NCBI GenBank assembly: GCA_964016885.1
Contig: OZ024741.1
Location: forward strand, 192,138,001 to 192,202,000
DNA length: 64,000 nt
Source: Eledone cirrhosa
Taxonomy: Eukaryota
Reading direction: 5' to 3'
Shown: positions 37,136 through 48,340 of the stretch, piece after piece
Position numbering within the stretch: the first letter of the stretch is position 1
Layout of the letters: each line of letters opens with the position of its first letter
The notes under the pieces: generated by a model
Seen by the model: the letters and a program-made list of their open reading frames with translations, nothing else
Database searches by the model: none
What the model was told of the DNA's origin: nothing
Translations under genes and position numbers: made by a program

Positions 37136-40100
37136 TCATTATCCCCCCTTGGCTCGATTAAAAAACCGAAAGGAGACTAAATCGGGGAACCTAAAAAACC
37201 AAACGAAACGAAACTGGTCCAACCTAAGCGCATGCGCAATGCCGTCCAACATTCGCGCATGCGCTGTGCGGTTCGACATTCGCGCATGCGCAGTACGGTC
37301 CGACCTTCGCGCATGCGCACTACGGTCCAACCTTAGCGCATGCGCAGTGCTGTCTAACCTTGGCGCATGCGCAGTGAACAGTGGGCTATTTCCGGGTGTT
37401 TCTGCGTATATCCGGGTATTTCCGGTTATTTCCGGTTATTTCCGGGTATTAAATTAAATTATCTCCCCTTGGCTCGATTATCTCCCCTTGGCTCGATTAT
37501 CTCCCATTGGCTCGATTATCTCCCCTTGGCTCGATTATCCCTCCTTGGCTCGATTATCTTCCCTTGGCTCGATTATCTACCCTTGGCTCGATTATCTCCC
37601 CTTGACTAGATTATCTCCCCTTGGCTCGATTATCTCCCCTTGGCTAAATTAAATTAAATTAAATTAAATTAAATCAAATTCATTAAATTAATAAATTAAT
37701 TATTTAATTAATTAATTAATTAAATTTATTTTATTTATTTTTATTAATTACTTTATTAATTAAGTAATTAATTATGTTAATTCATTTTAATTCAATTTAA
37801 TTTAATTTAATTTAATTTAATTTAATTTAAAAAACGAAACGAAACCGGGGAACCTAAAAAATCAAACGAAACGAAACCGGGGAACCTAAAAGACCGAAAG
37901 GAGACGAAATCGATTATCTCCCCTTGGCTCGATTAACTCCCCATGGCTTGATTATCTCCCCTTGGCTCGATTATCTCCCCTTGGCTAGGTTATCTCCCCT
38001 TGACTCGGTTATCTCCCCTTGGCTCGGTTATCTCCCCTTGGCTTCGTTATCTCCCCTTGCCTCGGTTATCTCCCATTGGCTCGGTTATCTCCCCTGGTCT
38101 CGGTTATCTCCCTTGGCTTGGTTATCTCCCCCTTGGCTCGGTTATCTCCCCTTGGCTCGATTATCTCCCCTTGGCTCGATTATCTCCCCTTGGCTCGATT
38201 ATCTCCCCTAAATTGAATTAAATTAAATTAAATTAAATTAAATTAAATCAAATTAATTAAATTAATGAATGAATGAATGAATTAATTAATTATTTAATTA
38301 ATTAATTAATAAAATTTATGTTATTTTATTTATTTTTATTTTTGTTATTAATTACTTTATTAATTAATTAATTAATTATGTTAATTCATTTTAATTCAAT
38401 TTAATTTAATTTAATTTAATTTAATTTAATTTAATATAATTTAATTTAATTTAATTTAATTTAATTTAATTTACTTTAATTCAATTTAATCTAATTTAAT
38501 TTAATTTAATTTAATTTAATTTAATTTAATTTAACAAAACGAAACGAAACCGGGGAACCTAAAAAACCGAAAGGAGACGAAATCGGGGAACCTAAAAAAC
38601 GAAACGAAACGAAACTGGTTTCGAGGCTGGACCGTAGTGGGCATGCGCGAAAATTGGACCGTTCTGCACATGTGCGAAGGTTGTACCGCACTGCGCATGC
38701 GCCAAGTTTGGACAGCACTGCGCATGCGCAGTAGGTCCATCCTTAGCGCATGCGCACTACGGTTCAACCTTCGCGCATGCGCACTATGGACCAACCTTAG
38801 CGCATGCGCAATGCCGTCCAACATTCGCGCATGCGCTGTGCGGTTCGACATTCGTGCATGCGCAGTACGGTCCGACCTTCGCGCATGCGCACTACGGTCC
38901 AACCTTAGCGCATGCGCAGTGCTGTCCAACCTTGGCGCATGTGCAGTGCACAGTGGGCTATTTCCGGGTGTTTCCGGGTATTTCCGGGTATTAAATTAAA
39001 TTATCTCCCCTTGGCTCGATTATCTCCTCTTGGCTCGATTATCTCACCTTGGCTCGATTATCTTCCCTTGGCTCGATTATCTCCCCTTGGCTCGATTATC
39101 TCCCCTTGGCTCGATTATCTCCTCTTGGCTCGATTATCTCCCCTTGGCTCGATTATCTCCCCTAAATTAAATTAAATTGAATTAAATTAAATTAAGTTAA
39201 ATCAAATTAATTAAATGAATGAATGAATGAATGAATGAATTAATTAATTAATTAAATTTATTTTATTTTATTTATTTTTATTTTTGTTATTAATTACTTT
39301 ATTAATTAATTAATTAATTATGTTCATTCATTTTAATTCAATTTAATTTAATTTAATTTAATTTAATTTAATTTAATTTAATATAATTTAATTTAATTTA
39401 ATTTAATTTAATTTAATTTAATTTAATTTAATTTAATTCAATTTAATCTAATTTAATTTAATTTAATTTAATTTAATTTAATTTAATTTAATTTAATTTA
39501 ACGAAACGAAACGAAACCGGGGAACCTAAAAAACTGAAAGGAGACGAAATCGGGGAACCTAAAAAACCAAACGAAACGAAACTGCTTTTTAGGTTGGACC
39601 GTAGTGCGCATGCGCGAAAATTGGACCGTACTGCACATGTGCGAAGGTTGTACCGCACTGCGCATGCGCCAAGTTTGGACAGCACTGCGCATGCGCAGTA
39701 CGGTCCATCCTTAGCGCATGCGCACTACGGTCCAACCTTTGCGCATGCGTACTATGGTCCAACCTTAGCGCATGCGCAATGCCGTCCAACATTCGCGCAT
39801 GCGCTGTGCGGCTCGATTATCTCCCCTTGGCTCGATTATCTTCCCTTGGCTAGATTATCTCCCCTTGGCTCGATTATCTTCCCTTGGCTCGATTATCTCC
39901 CCTTGGCTCGATTTTCTCTTTTTGGCTCGATTGTCTCCCCTTGGCTCGATTATCTCACCTAAATTAAATTAAATTAAATTAAATTAAATTAAATTAAAGT
40001 AAATTAAATTAAATCAAATTAATTAAATTAATTAATTAATTAATTAATTATTTAATTAATTAATTAAATTTATTTTATTTTATTTTTTTTTTATTTTTTT

Positions 40101-40180
40101 TTAATTAATTACTTTATTAATTAATTAATTATGTTAATTCATTTTAATTCTATTTAATTTAATTTAATTTAATTTAATTT
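37136..40180. repeat. Composite higher-order satellite: 19-bp, 27-bp, (TTAAA)n/(TTTAA)n and GAAAC-rich blocks
   Basis: GGCTCGATTATCTCCCCTT arrays, 27-bp units centred on GCGCATGCGC, AT pentamer blocks; the block order repeats 3-4 times. Confidence 0.95.
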
Positions 40181-40687
40181 GCTGTTGATGCTTCTTTTGT
40201 CGCATCAATTTCGGTGGGGAGGTGTTGTATGGACTGGGAATCGAACTCACAACCTCATTGTTGTATGGACTGTTACATTTCTATTCAATTTACACGTGCT
40301 CACACATTTGCATATGAATCACGTGACCTGGGCAGTCAGTCAGCGTTGGTATTAAAAACTCGGTCACAGACTGCTACTTACTTACTTTATGTTATTCTGC
40401 TACTGCGAGGAAGGGCGTTTTGGTTGTTTCGCAAATTATACAAATTATTTGATATAACTCGTTGTGTTTTCTCTGCGAGTACCGAGAGGAATACAACAAT
40501 TACACTCTCTCTCCTGGTCTCAGACTACACCAGCCTCATGAACCAACAACAAAATAACATCGTCAACCTTCGCGACTCGTGGTAACTTGTTTATTGTTCT
40601 TTTTGACTGAAGTGAAGTAAACCTTTTTATATATAAAGTAAATCACCTATTCTTGTTATTTCATCTAACAACCACTAATACCCTTCG

Positions 40688-40760
<73 letters not shown>

Positions 40761-40894
40761 GAGGTTATATTTAATTTGTTGTGATTCAACAAGCTTAAAC
40801 ATTTTTTATAACTGATATAAAGCACTCAATAGATTAGTGGAGTAAATACACAATATATTAATAAATGGAAACTATATTTATAAAACCATATTTA

Positions 40895-40956
40895 TTTTAT
40901 TATACATATTTCAAGGGCAACCAAGGCAAATTATGGTGCGCTTTCATCAGATAAAA
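40895..40956 (-). ncRNA. Type I hammerhead in a Penelope-type pseudo-LTR next to (TA)n
   Basis: UUUUAU / CUGAUGA / AAGCGCACC..GGUUGCCCUU / GAAA-UAUGUA-UA / AUAAAA. Confidence 0.75.
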
Positions 40957-41122
40957 AAGAGATTTGTTTTACAAATAAATATTGATATACCTGGAAAAAA
41001 GACAACCTTAACGGTTGAAGCTCCCTGGAAAGTGGAGATAGTACATTTATTGAGGGTAATATAAAGTTATGAGTGAGTATGCAAATGGGTGTCCGAAAGG
41101 TTGAAAAGATAACGATTTATTT

Positions 41123-41490
41123 TGTAGTGACCTACATTCCGCGGACTCACATACATTCTCTGTGCGTGATTTGGCTCGGCTCAGCCAATCAGCGCCAGGA
41201 GAAGAGGATATATCCCTACGCGCCCTGAGGAAGAAATTCCCCGCGAGGATTTGAAGAATCTCTCTCTTGTACCAGAAACTTCGAACCAGCAACACGCACA
41301 ATGTAACGGTGAGATATTGCACCTTTTTATCTGTAACTTCAACCATATAAGTTAACAAACATTGTTTGTGCTACATCAAAAATAAACATACATTTCATCT
41401 CTAATTTCTGCTGTTGAAATCATTATTATGTTACTCGTGTCTCAATAACATCTATAATCCATGCTGCTGGAATTGGCGACCTGACGAAAG
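41123..41490 (+). mobile_element. 5' LTR of the TRIM-related family with PBS-like motif
   Basis: TGTAGTGACCTACATTCCGCGG start, as at 10859 and 5692; TTGGCGACCTGACG near 41473. Confidence 0.7.
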
Positions 41491-41986
41491 GAATATTGTA
41501 AATACAAAGATGGTAAATAGATCGAGGGACCTTCCCTCACGTCTATGTCGACAAGATAATCCAACGAGGATAACATCACTTTACTACACTGGCAACTAAC
41601 ATCCTTTCATCCTACTACCCTGCTAAAATTTAAATTAAACTGTTGGAAGAAGATGATAAGTAGGGGAGAGAGAAAAAAAGAAAAAAAGAAAGGAGAAAGA
41701 TAGAACGATTATACATATTGATAGTGAAGATAGAGTTAATGAAGAAATAAGTTTCAAAGGAGAAATATACACAACGTAAGTATATCTTAGTGAAAGAAGA
41801 AATAAGATTACATGGAAGAATAATATTTATAATGCAGGGTTCATTACGTTTTGATTACAATACTTATAATGATAGGTTGAAAAATTAGATTAAAATTAAA
41901 AATTAGAAATCAAAATTAAAGATTAAAATTTGCCTTAATATTAAAGATTTAATTTAATAATTATATTATATTAAGATGTATTAGTA

Positions 41987-42176
41987 ATAATTGTTTCGAC
42001 TTTAGGCATAAGGCCAGCAATTACTCAGTGCATTACTGGTACTTTATTTTATCGACCCCGTGAGGATGAAAGGCAAAGTCAACCTCGGCGGGATTTGAAC
42101 TCAGATCATAAAGGGACGTAACTATGCTGGAAAGCATGGCGTCCGACCCTCTACCGATACTGCCAATCCATCGCCC
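41987..42176 (-). mobile_element. tRNA-derived SINE
   Basis: A-box TGGCAGTATCGG, B-box GAGTTCAAATCC, body CTTTCATCCT.ACGGGGTCGATAAAATAAAGTACCAG. Confidence 0.88.
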
Positions 42177-42669
42177 TAATAATGTATTAGTAATAATATA
42201 TTGGTTAAATGTGTATGTTAAGGATTATAAATTATTTAAATAAATATATAGTATGTTACATTAGAGAAAATCTAGTATAGTTTATTTTATTAAAAGTTGT
42301 AACTCAAAATTTAAACATCTAAATAATTCTAAATTTATGAAAAATTTACGAGAGTTTACAAAGGAATAACCATTTAATTATATTATAAAAACAGTAAGGA
42401 AGTGTAAAGGAAGTTAGAAGTGATTTTTTAAGATCTCAGATGACTCCAAGGATTAAATGTTATAAAGTTAACATTTTTTTATCTTAAGAATATAATTAAA
42501 ACATGAACCATATATTATTTTACACGAACTCATAAATTTACTTGCTATTCTGGTTAGATTTTAAGTTTCTATTATTAATTCTATTAATATTCTGCGCTAT
42601 AATTTTATAGCAAGTAAATTTATGACTTCGTGTAAAATAACATATGGTTCATGTTTTAATTATATTCTT

Positions 42670-43050
42670 GACCAGGGGCACAGTGTAAGACCGTCAGGTC
42701 TTTTCCCATCACTTATGGACAACCCAGACGGTTTCAAAATTGAGGGTATATTTGCCGGGCCAAAGCTCTCTTGAAGATGAGGTTTAGTTCCGTGTGACGT
42801 GCGAAGCGACCAGCAGTCAGGCGGCAAGTAAGACCGTGGAGGCCTGTAGAGTTGAGGAGTTTGCCACACCAACACCCCAGACACGTACAGACGTCGGGTC
42901 CCACTCTGAGGGCAATAGAGACACGAAGCTTGTCCAAGCTGAGTAGCCACGGGTAGGGGATCCTCCCAGTCGCTTGGGTATTTGATGCTAGCAGACAGTA
43001 AGTGGCACCTTGAGAACTGATATGACTAGTCGAAGAAAGAGTCAATGGTC
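42670..43050 (-). mobile_element. CRE-clade fragment (CCHC finger and start of restriction-like endonuclease)
   Basis: LRVSIALRVG, CWCG..GLHGLTC..GRFARH, DGKRPDGLTLCPW. Confidence 0.85.
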
Positions 43051-43383
43051 GCCCCCGAATGTATGCTGTCCCAAGCTCTCTGACTCCGTCTGTCCTCCAC
43101 CTTGCCAGGAAGAAACAAGCCCAGCTCACTCCATCGTATTGTTTTTAGCCTAATCAACACGCATGATGAACGGATCTATATTGGTGTCCGGTCTATCATG
43201 TTGAGCTAATCATCGGTAAAACGTATACAACGGTCGATATTCAATAAAAACATTTTAAAGTGACACACACACTCACACATTATATATATTCAATATAAAT
43301 AAATTTCTAATACGAAACTGAAGCTATAGGTATGTGTATATGTGCAATGTAACTTTAGTACGAAACTAAAACTAGAATGATCT

Positions 43384-43410
43384 GTTGTTACGGTGTTGTT
43401 GGTAACAACA
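43384..43410. promoter_or_regulatory. Candidate RFX X-box upstream of BBS1
   Basis: GTTGTT-GGTAAC within the palindrome TGTTGTT-GGT-AACAACA, ~185 bp before the candidate ATG. BBS genes are established RFX targets. Confidence 0.5.
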
Positions 43411-43584
43411 ATGTGTCATTAGTTGGTATTTACGCTGAAGACAAAGAGAGAACTAGATATACAGAAACACAAAGAGAGAGAGAGAGTCAACGTTATGTTT
43501 CATTCTTTCTAAACATTTCTGAAGCTGATGTAGAAAACTCACAACTTACTTCTCATTATATAAAGTTGTGTTCATAGCTCCACA

Positions 43585-43589
43585 ATGAA
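43585..43589 (+). CDS. BBS1: Candidate BBS1 first coding exon (ATG AA)
   Basis: ccacaATGAA|gtaagt. The phase-2 donor matches the acceptor at 52062 and gives MKEENKSKWLDAH. Confidence 0.6.
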
Positions 43590-43834
43590 GTAAGTTATAT
43601 ATTATAGAACTTGATTGCTGTTGTTATTTTGTCTCTGATCCAGACGTTATATTCTACCACTTCTTTCGCCCAGATAGTGTATGTTTAAGACTGTTCTTGT
43701 CTAGCCCCAGGCCTGTCTCTGATCTAACAGACTTACGATGATAATGTTGATGTGAATACTGATTGTGGGTGACCAAATGCCATATCTTTTATAGAGTATA
43801 ACGTGTCGTGCATGTGAGTTTATACACGCGCGCG

Positions 43835-43944
<110 letters not shown>

Positions 43945-44594
43945 GTATATGTATGCATAGCAGCTCCTATTATAGCGTGTTGAATGCTGGGATGAGATGA
44001 TGGTGTGTTGTGGTATTGATGCGGTTGCTGTGTGTACTCACTTGTGGAATGCTCTGTTGTGTGGTCACTGTGGTGTAGCATGTAGGCGAAAGAAGATTGG
44101 TGTGCCTGATACAGTGTAGCCAGAGAATGGGTGTGTTCAAGTGAGTGTTTATTATGATAATGATGATGAATACTTGGGAAAGTGTTTTACCCTGATCACA
44201 TAACACAATAACACGCAGCCTCTATGTTATTAATTTATTAAATATTACTTTCGTCGCAGTTATATGACAATACATGAAGAACAAATAACCACAGATGAAT
44301 TGTGTGATGTTATGTATCAGGATGATATGTATGCATGTTGGCTTTCAAAAGTATTATTTAAAATCTATTTACCAAACCTCTGTTGATGCGATGAATTTCG
44401 TTGGCCTGGCAGTGAGAGGACCAAGAGAGAGAGAGAGAGAGAGAGAGAAATCTGTATATGAGACAGGTGACCACTACATCTTAGCTGATCAGTAGGAACT
44501 CTGAAACTTCTCTCTTTGACTCTGGGAGCTAGCTATTTATCACTATCACTAATTCTGTCTCTGGAGCACTTTCTCCAGCAGTGTTTTTGTTGAA

Positions 44595-45335
44595 TCTTGT
44601 GTCTGCTTTGGAGGATGTATGTAAGTGATGTTGAGGTCCTTGAAAGAAGTCATGGTCAGATTATTAAGTCGATTATTTTGCAACATTGCCTACGATGGGT
44701 AGGACATATGGGGAGAATGGAAGACTGTACCCAGACATCTCCTTTTGGTGAACTGAGTGATGGCAAATGTCAACCCCATAAACCTAAGATGAGGTTCAAG
44801 GGCTGAGAAAACATCTCTGAAGAAAGCTGGTATCTCCGATCGATACTGGGAACAAGCTGCCAATAATTGAACTCTGTGGAGAGAAGCTGTATAAAGAAGG
44901 GAAAGTACACTTTGAAACAACCTGAAAAAATTATGAAAGATTAAAAAGGGATGTGAAGAAGGGCTTGAAAGTGGAATTGCCAGGAAGCATGGGAGACCAA
45001 AGAGAGCTGACATGCAATGATTGTGGGAGAGCTTAACTCAGCAAAGCTGGATTAAAGAGTAAAAAAGGAGCCATGTAAAAAGGGATGATGTAGATTACAT
45101 TGGTGAATATGGCATAAAAATCTGTCATCAATGTGGTAAAGTCTGCCAATCAGTAGCAGGCCTGAGGTGGCATATGAAAGTACATGGCAACCAGCTATCA
45201 ATTCTTGTTACCAAAGGCCATGTCTGTAACATCTGTGCCAGAGAATATAGGACTCCTGCTAGCCTAAAAATTCACATCTATGTGGTTAGCATTTCAAGCG
45301 ATGGCTATACTCAAGCGTGAGGTAGCTGCCATCAC
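44595..45335 (+). mobile_element. Decayed RTE-like LINE 3' end with C2H2-like repeats
   Basis: EVLERS..LRWVGHMGRMED..FGELSDGK..PKMRFK, then CxxC...H motifs. Confidence 0.7.
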
Positions 45336-45344
45336 ATATATATA

Positions 45345-46250
45345 CAGTGATATCTTGCAGTACAAGTTTAATTCGTTCCATGACCGAGCTCGGTTTACAA
45401 ATCAATTTTCCTCATTGAAATTAATTCAAATATAATTAATCCGTTCCAGTCCCCCCAATCATTTTTTATGGGTTTTAAAACAGAAAAGATGTAGTAACAA
45501 GGAAAATGACAATTATATAAACATAATAAAAGAGAATGCAAAAGAAATGTGTAAACTGCTTTTATTAATTTAATTACCTTAATGATGGGACAATTTGTGT
45601 GCGAGGACGATGATGGAGTGGGGTGGAGGAGGATTATTGTTTGGAAGGAGAATCTCCTTCCATTAAGACTTCAAGAAGAACAATTTCTGGGTTTTTCTCT
45701 CTCACTTAGCTTAATTTAGGGTTTTTGGACACTTTCTTCACTGTCCACACATTCAGATCGTTTCAATAGAAACATATCAAGAGAAGTCTGCTTTTTCCTG
45801 CCTTTCAAAATGTTATGAAAATGCACCATAGCAGTGTCATTAAATAAAGCAGCTGCACAACCTGTAGATACTTTTTCAGGATGATTTTTTTTCCACAAAT
45901 TCAGAAACATCCTGTCACTTGGTCAACACTGCCTTTATGTTACTCCTAGAGATTGCCTTCTCCGCTACAATGTCCTCCTCTGGGGAACCAATCTCTTCTA
46001 CTAATTATTATAAAATAAAAGCAAAAAACACACAAAACTAAAAAAAACTGGGAGAAACACAATAGGGATGCTGCCACAATGAGATAAACACGTGAGTGTG
46101 CAGTAGCTGTGCTTGTTGGGAGATTGTGTCTGAGCTCAGCACTTGTACTGTGGATTTCCACTTATACTACAAGACAAAAATTTGCATGAGCCTCGGCTCG
46201 TACAGCAAATTACTCGTACAATGGTGCACTCCTACTGTGAGGTTCTACTG
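45345..46250 (-). mobile_element. Tigger/pogo-like DNA transposon, internally deleted
   Basis: CAGT..ACTG termini next to TA; C-terminal HPEK..LFND..HF..ILKGRKKQTSLDMF. Confidence 0.75.
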
Positions 46251-46650
46251 TGTATATATATATATATATATATATGTGAATGTATGTATAGTATATTTGG
46301 CAATATACCGTATGTTTAATTAAAAACATTTTGAAGACCTTGCACTATCATTTTAAAGTAGTGACTATGTCACTTACTTCTTTTTTCGGCAAAGGAAGGG
46401 AGAGAAGCTGACAGATTCTGTTTCACACTGTTGGTGATCCTCAAAGAAAGGGGTTTTTCTGAGCCATGTAATATAATTGAATATAAAAGAGAGATAAACA
46501 CAGATATAAACATACATGTGTTCAAATTGTAAGGGACCAAGTTCGCTAGGGTGAAAAAAATACTAACTATAACAATATGGTTTGCCAGACTCAATTTAAA
46601 GTAATAAATCAAGAAAAAGAAAAACAAACTTATATTGGGCAACTGCCTGA

Positions 46651-46729
46651 ACACCCAGACAGCTTATGGTAGGCTGTTTCGCAATTTTTAGCGAAGGAAA
46701 TTACCAATTCTTTGCTCATTAGTGGGTGT
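46651..46729 (-). ncRNA. Hammerhead, core mutated (CUAAUGA)
   Basis: Mirror of 47213-47291 with intact GCAA/UUGC helix II. Confidence 0.7.
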
Positions 46730-47212
46730 AAAATTAGTAATCCCTCCACTTCTAAGTATCTCAGAAGACTGAATAGTGTGCGAATATAAAATAACGCACA
46801 TGGCATCAGAACCCAGCGTGTCTCATAAACATACGCTACTAAAAAAAAAAAATAGCAGCCATGTTTACATAACATTTAAAATAGCTCAACAAAGTTTGAA
46901 GGAACCGACTGTATCTCTCTTCAATTATATTACACTACAATTATATTACACGGCTCAGAAAAACCCCTTTCTTTGAGCTATTTAATTGTAAGAGACTATT
47001 TTGAGTTTCTAACTCAATATATACCTTTGATATAGTCGGCTCCTTCTAACTTTGTTGAGCTATTTTAAATGTCGTGTAAACTTGGCTGCTATTTTTTTTT
47101 TAGTAGCGTATGTTTATGAGACACGCTGGGTTCTGATGCCATGTGCCTTATTTTATATTTGCATACTATTCAATCTTCTGAGATACTTAGAAGTGGAGGG
47201 ATTACTAATTTT

Positions 47213-47291
47213 ACACCCACTGATGAGAAAAGAATTGGTAATTTCCTTCGCTAAAAATTGCGAAACAGCCTACCATAAGCTGTCTGGGTGT
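47213..47291 (+). ncRNA. Full type I hammerhead ribozyme (GUC site)
   Basis: ACACCCA / CUGAUGA / GAAA..UUGC / GAAA / CAGC-CUACCAUAA-GCUG / UC / UGGGUGU. Confidence 0.85.
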
Positions 47292-47481
47292 TCCGGCAGT
47301 TGCCCAATATAGGTTTGTATTCCTTTTCTTGATTTATTATTTTAAATTGAGTCTGGCAAACCATATTGTTATAGTTAGTACTTTTTTGACCCTAGCGAAC
47401 TTGGTCCCTTTCAATTTGAACACATGTATGTTTATATCTGTGTTTATCTCTCTTTTATATTCAATTATATATATCATAATC

Positions 47482-47790
47482 ATCATCATCATTTTACGTC
47501 CACTTTTCCCTGCTTGCAAGGGTGGGACGGGAACTGATTCTGGCTTGATTTCTACAGCTGGATGCCCTTCCTAACACCAACCTCATTTACAGTGAGTGCT
47601 GGGTGCTTTTTTGCAGTGGAATGATATAGACCCCAGTCCCTATCATCTCATTTCTACAGCTGAGTAAACTGGAGCAATATGAAATAAAGTGTCTTGCTCA
47701 AGGAAACAACACATCACCCGGTCTCAGAATTGAACTCACAACCTTTCGATTGCAAAGCCAATGCTCTAACCACTAAGCCATGTGCCTCCA
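47482..47790 (-). mobile_element. Full-length tRNA-CORE-like SINE with RTE tail
   Basis: TGGCTTAGTGG A-box, GAGTTCAATTC B-box, CCTTGAGCAAGACACTTT body, (TGA)n tail. Confidence 0.85.
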
Positions 47791-48271
47791 TATATATATA
47801 TGTTAGAAAAAAAGAGCCTTGCATAGCTAAAAACATATGAATGAATAAAAAATATGGGCAAAGACAGAAAACTGAATGAATACAGACAGTCCCATCTCAT
47901 CAGTCTACTGCTAGTGGTACATTGTTTAGAGCTTTAAGATTGATACAAATGGCTTTTGTGCACAAGGGACACAAATGGACAAAGGACAAGATGATAGTCT
48001 CAACGACTATTTTTAAATAAGAGAATATTTGCCACTAACCCGTGAGCTGCAACTCAGATTCTTCTACCCCCACTCTTGGAGTTTTCTTCACCATTTAAAC
48101 AAATTTTTCATGTGTTATCAACGAATCTGTCCTCTAAACCAAATGGAAACAACTAGCTTTGTAGAAAAAGGAAGGGAAAGGGGAGACCCTTTGAGTTTCG
48201 CAGATCTACACCTTCATTTGATGGGAAATAGTTTTTCTGTAGTTTTTTTTCAATCTGTTCTTCAAACTTCT

Positions 48272-48340
48272 TAACCCCAATCCGAACTCTAACCACTAAC
48301 ACTAACCCTAACCCTAACACTACCCTAACCCTTTCCTAAC
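48272..48340. repeat. Degenerate (CCCTAA)n tract
   Basis: ctaaccactaacactaaccctaaccctaacactaccctaaccc. Confidence 0.7.

Larger units (their letters stand above)
33026..40498 (+). mobile_element. Gypsy (Mag/K02A2.6-like) LTR retrotransposon, decayed
   Basis: LTRs 33026-33300 and 40223-40498 (TG..CA), 5-bp TSD ATTAC, PBS TGGCGTCGCCGATAGGATT (tRNA-Ser-like), PPT GGTGGGGAGG. Confidence 0.96.
32772..40692 (+). mobile_element. Solo LTR (family of 23116-23569) split by a Gypsy insertion; pieces 32772-33025 and 40499-40692
   Basis: Both pieces align in order to the reverse complement of 23116-23569 and end CTTCGTTACA. Confidence 0.85.
46440..47472. mobile_element. Head-to-head pair of a ~524-nt non-coding hammerhead retroelement (retrozyme-like)
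   Basis: Inverted arms 46471-46915 / 47029-47470; the tail-to-head junction is present on both strands. Confidence 0.75.

Noticed and set aside
37136-40180. CRISPR-like array or repeat-protein ORFs
   Set aside because: Tandem units without unique spacers, no cas genes, eukaryotic context; ORFs open in several frames are repeat artefacts.
47715-47790. tRNA genes (also 42090-42176, 57447, 60943)
   Set aside because: A/B boxes run straight into SINE bodies and there is no full cloverleaf.
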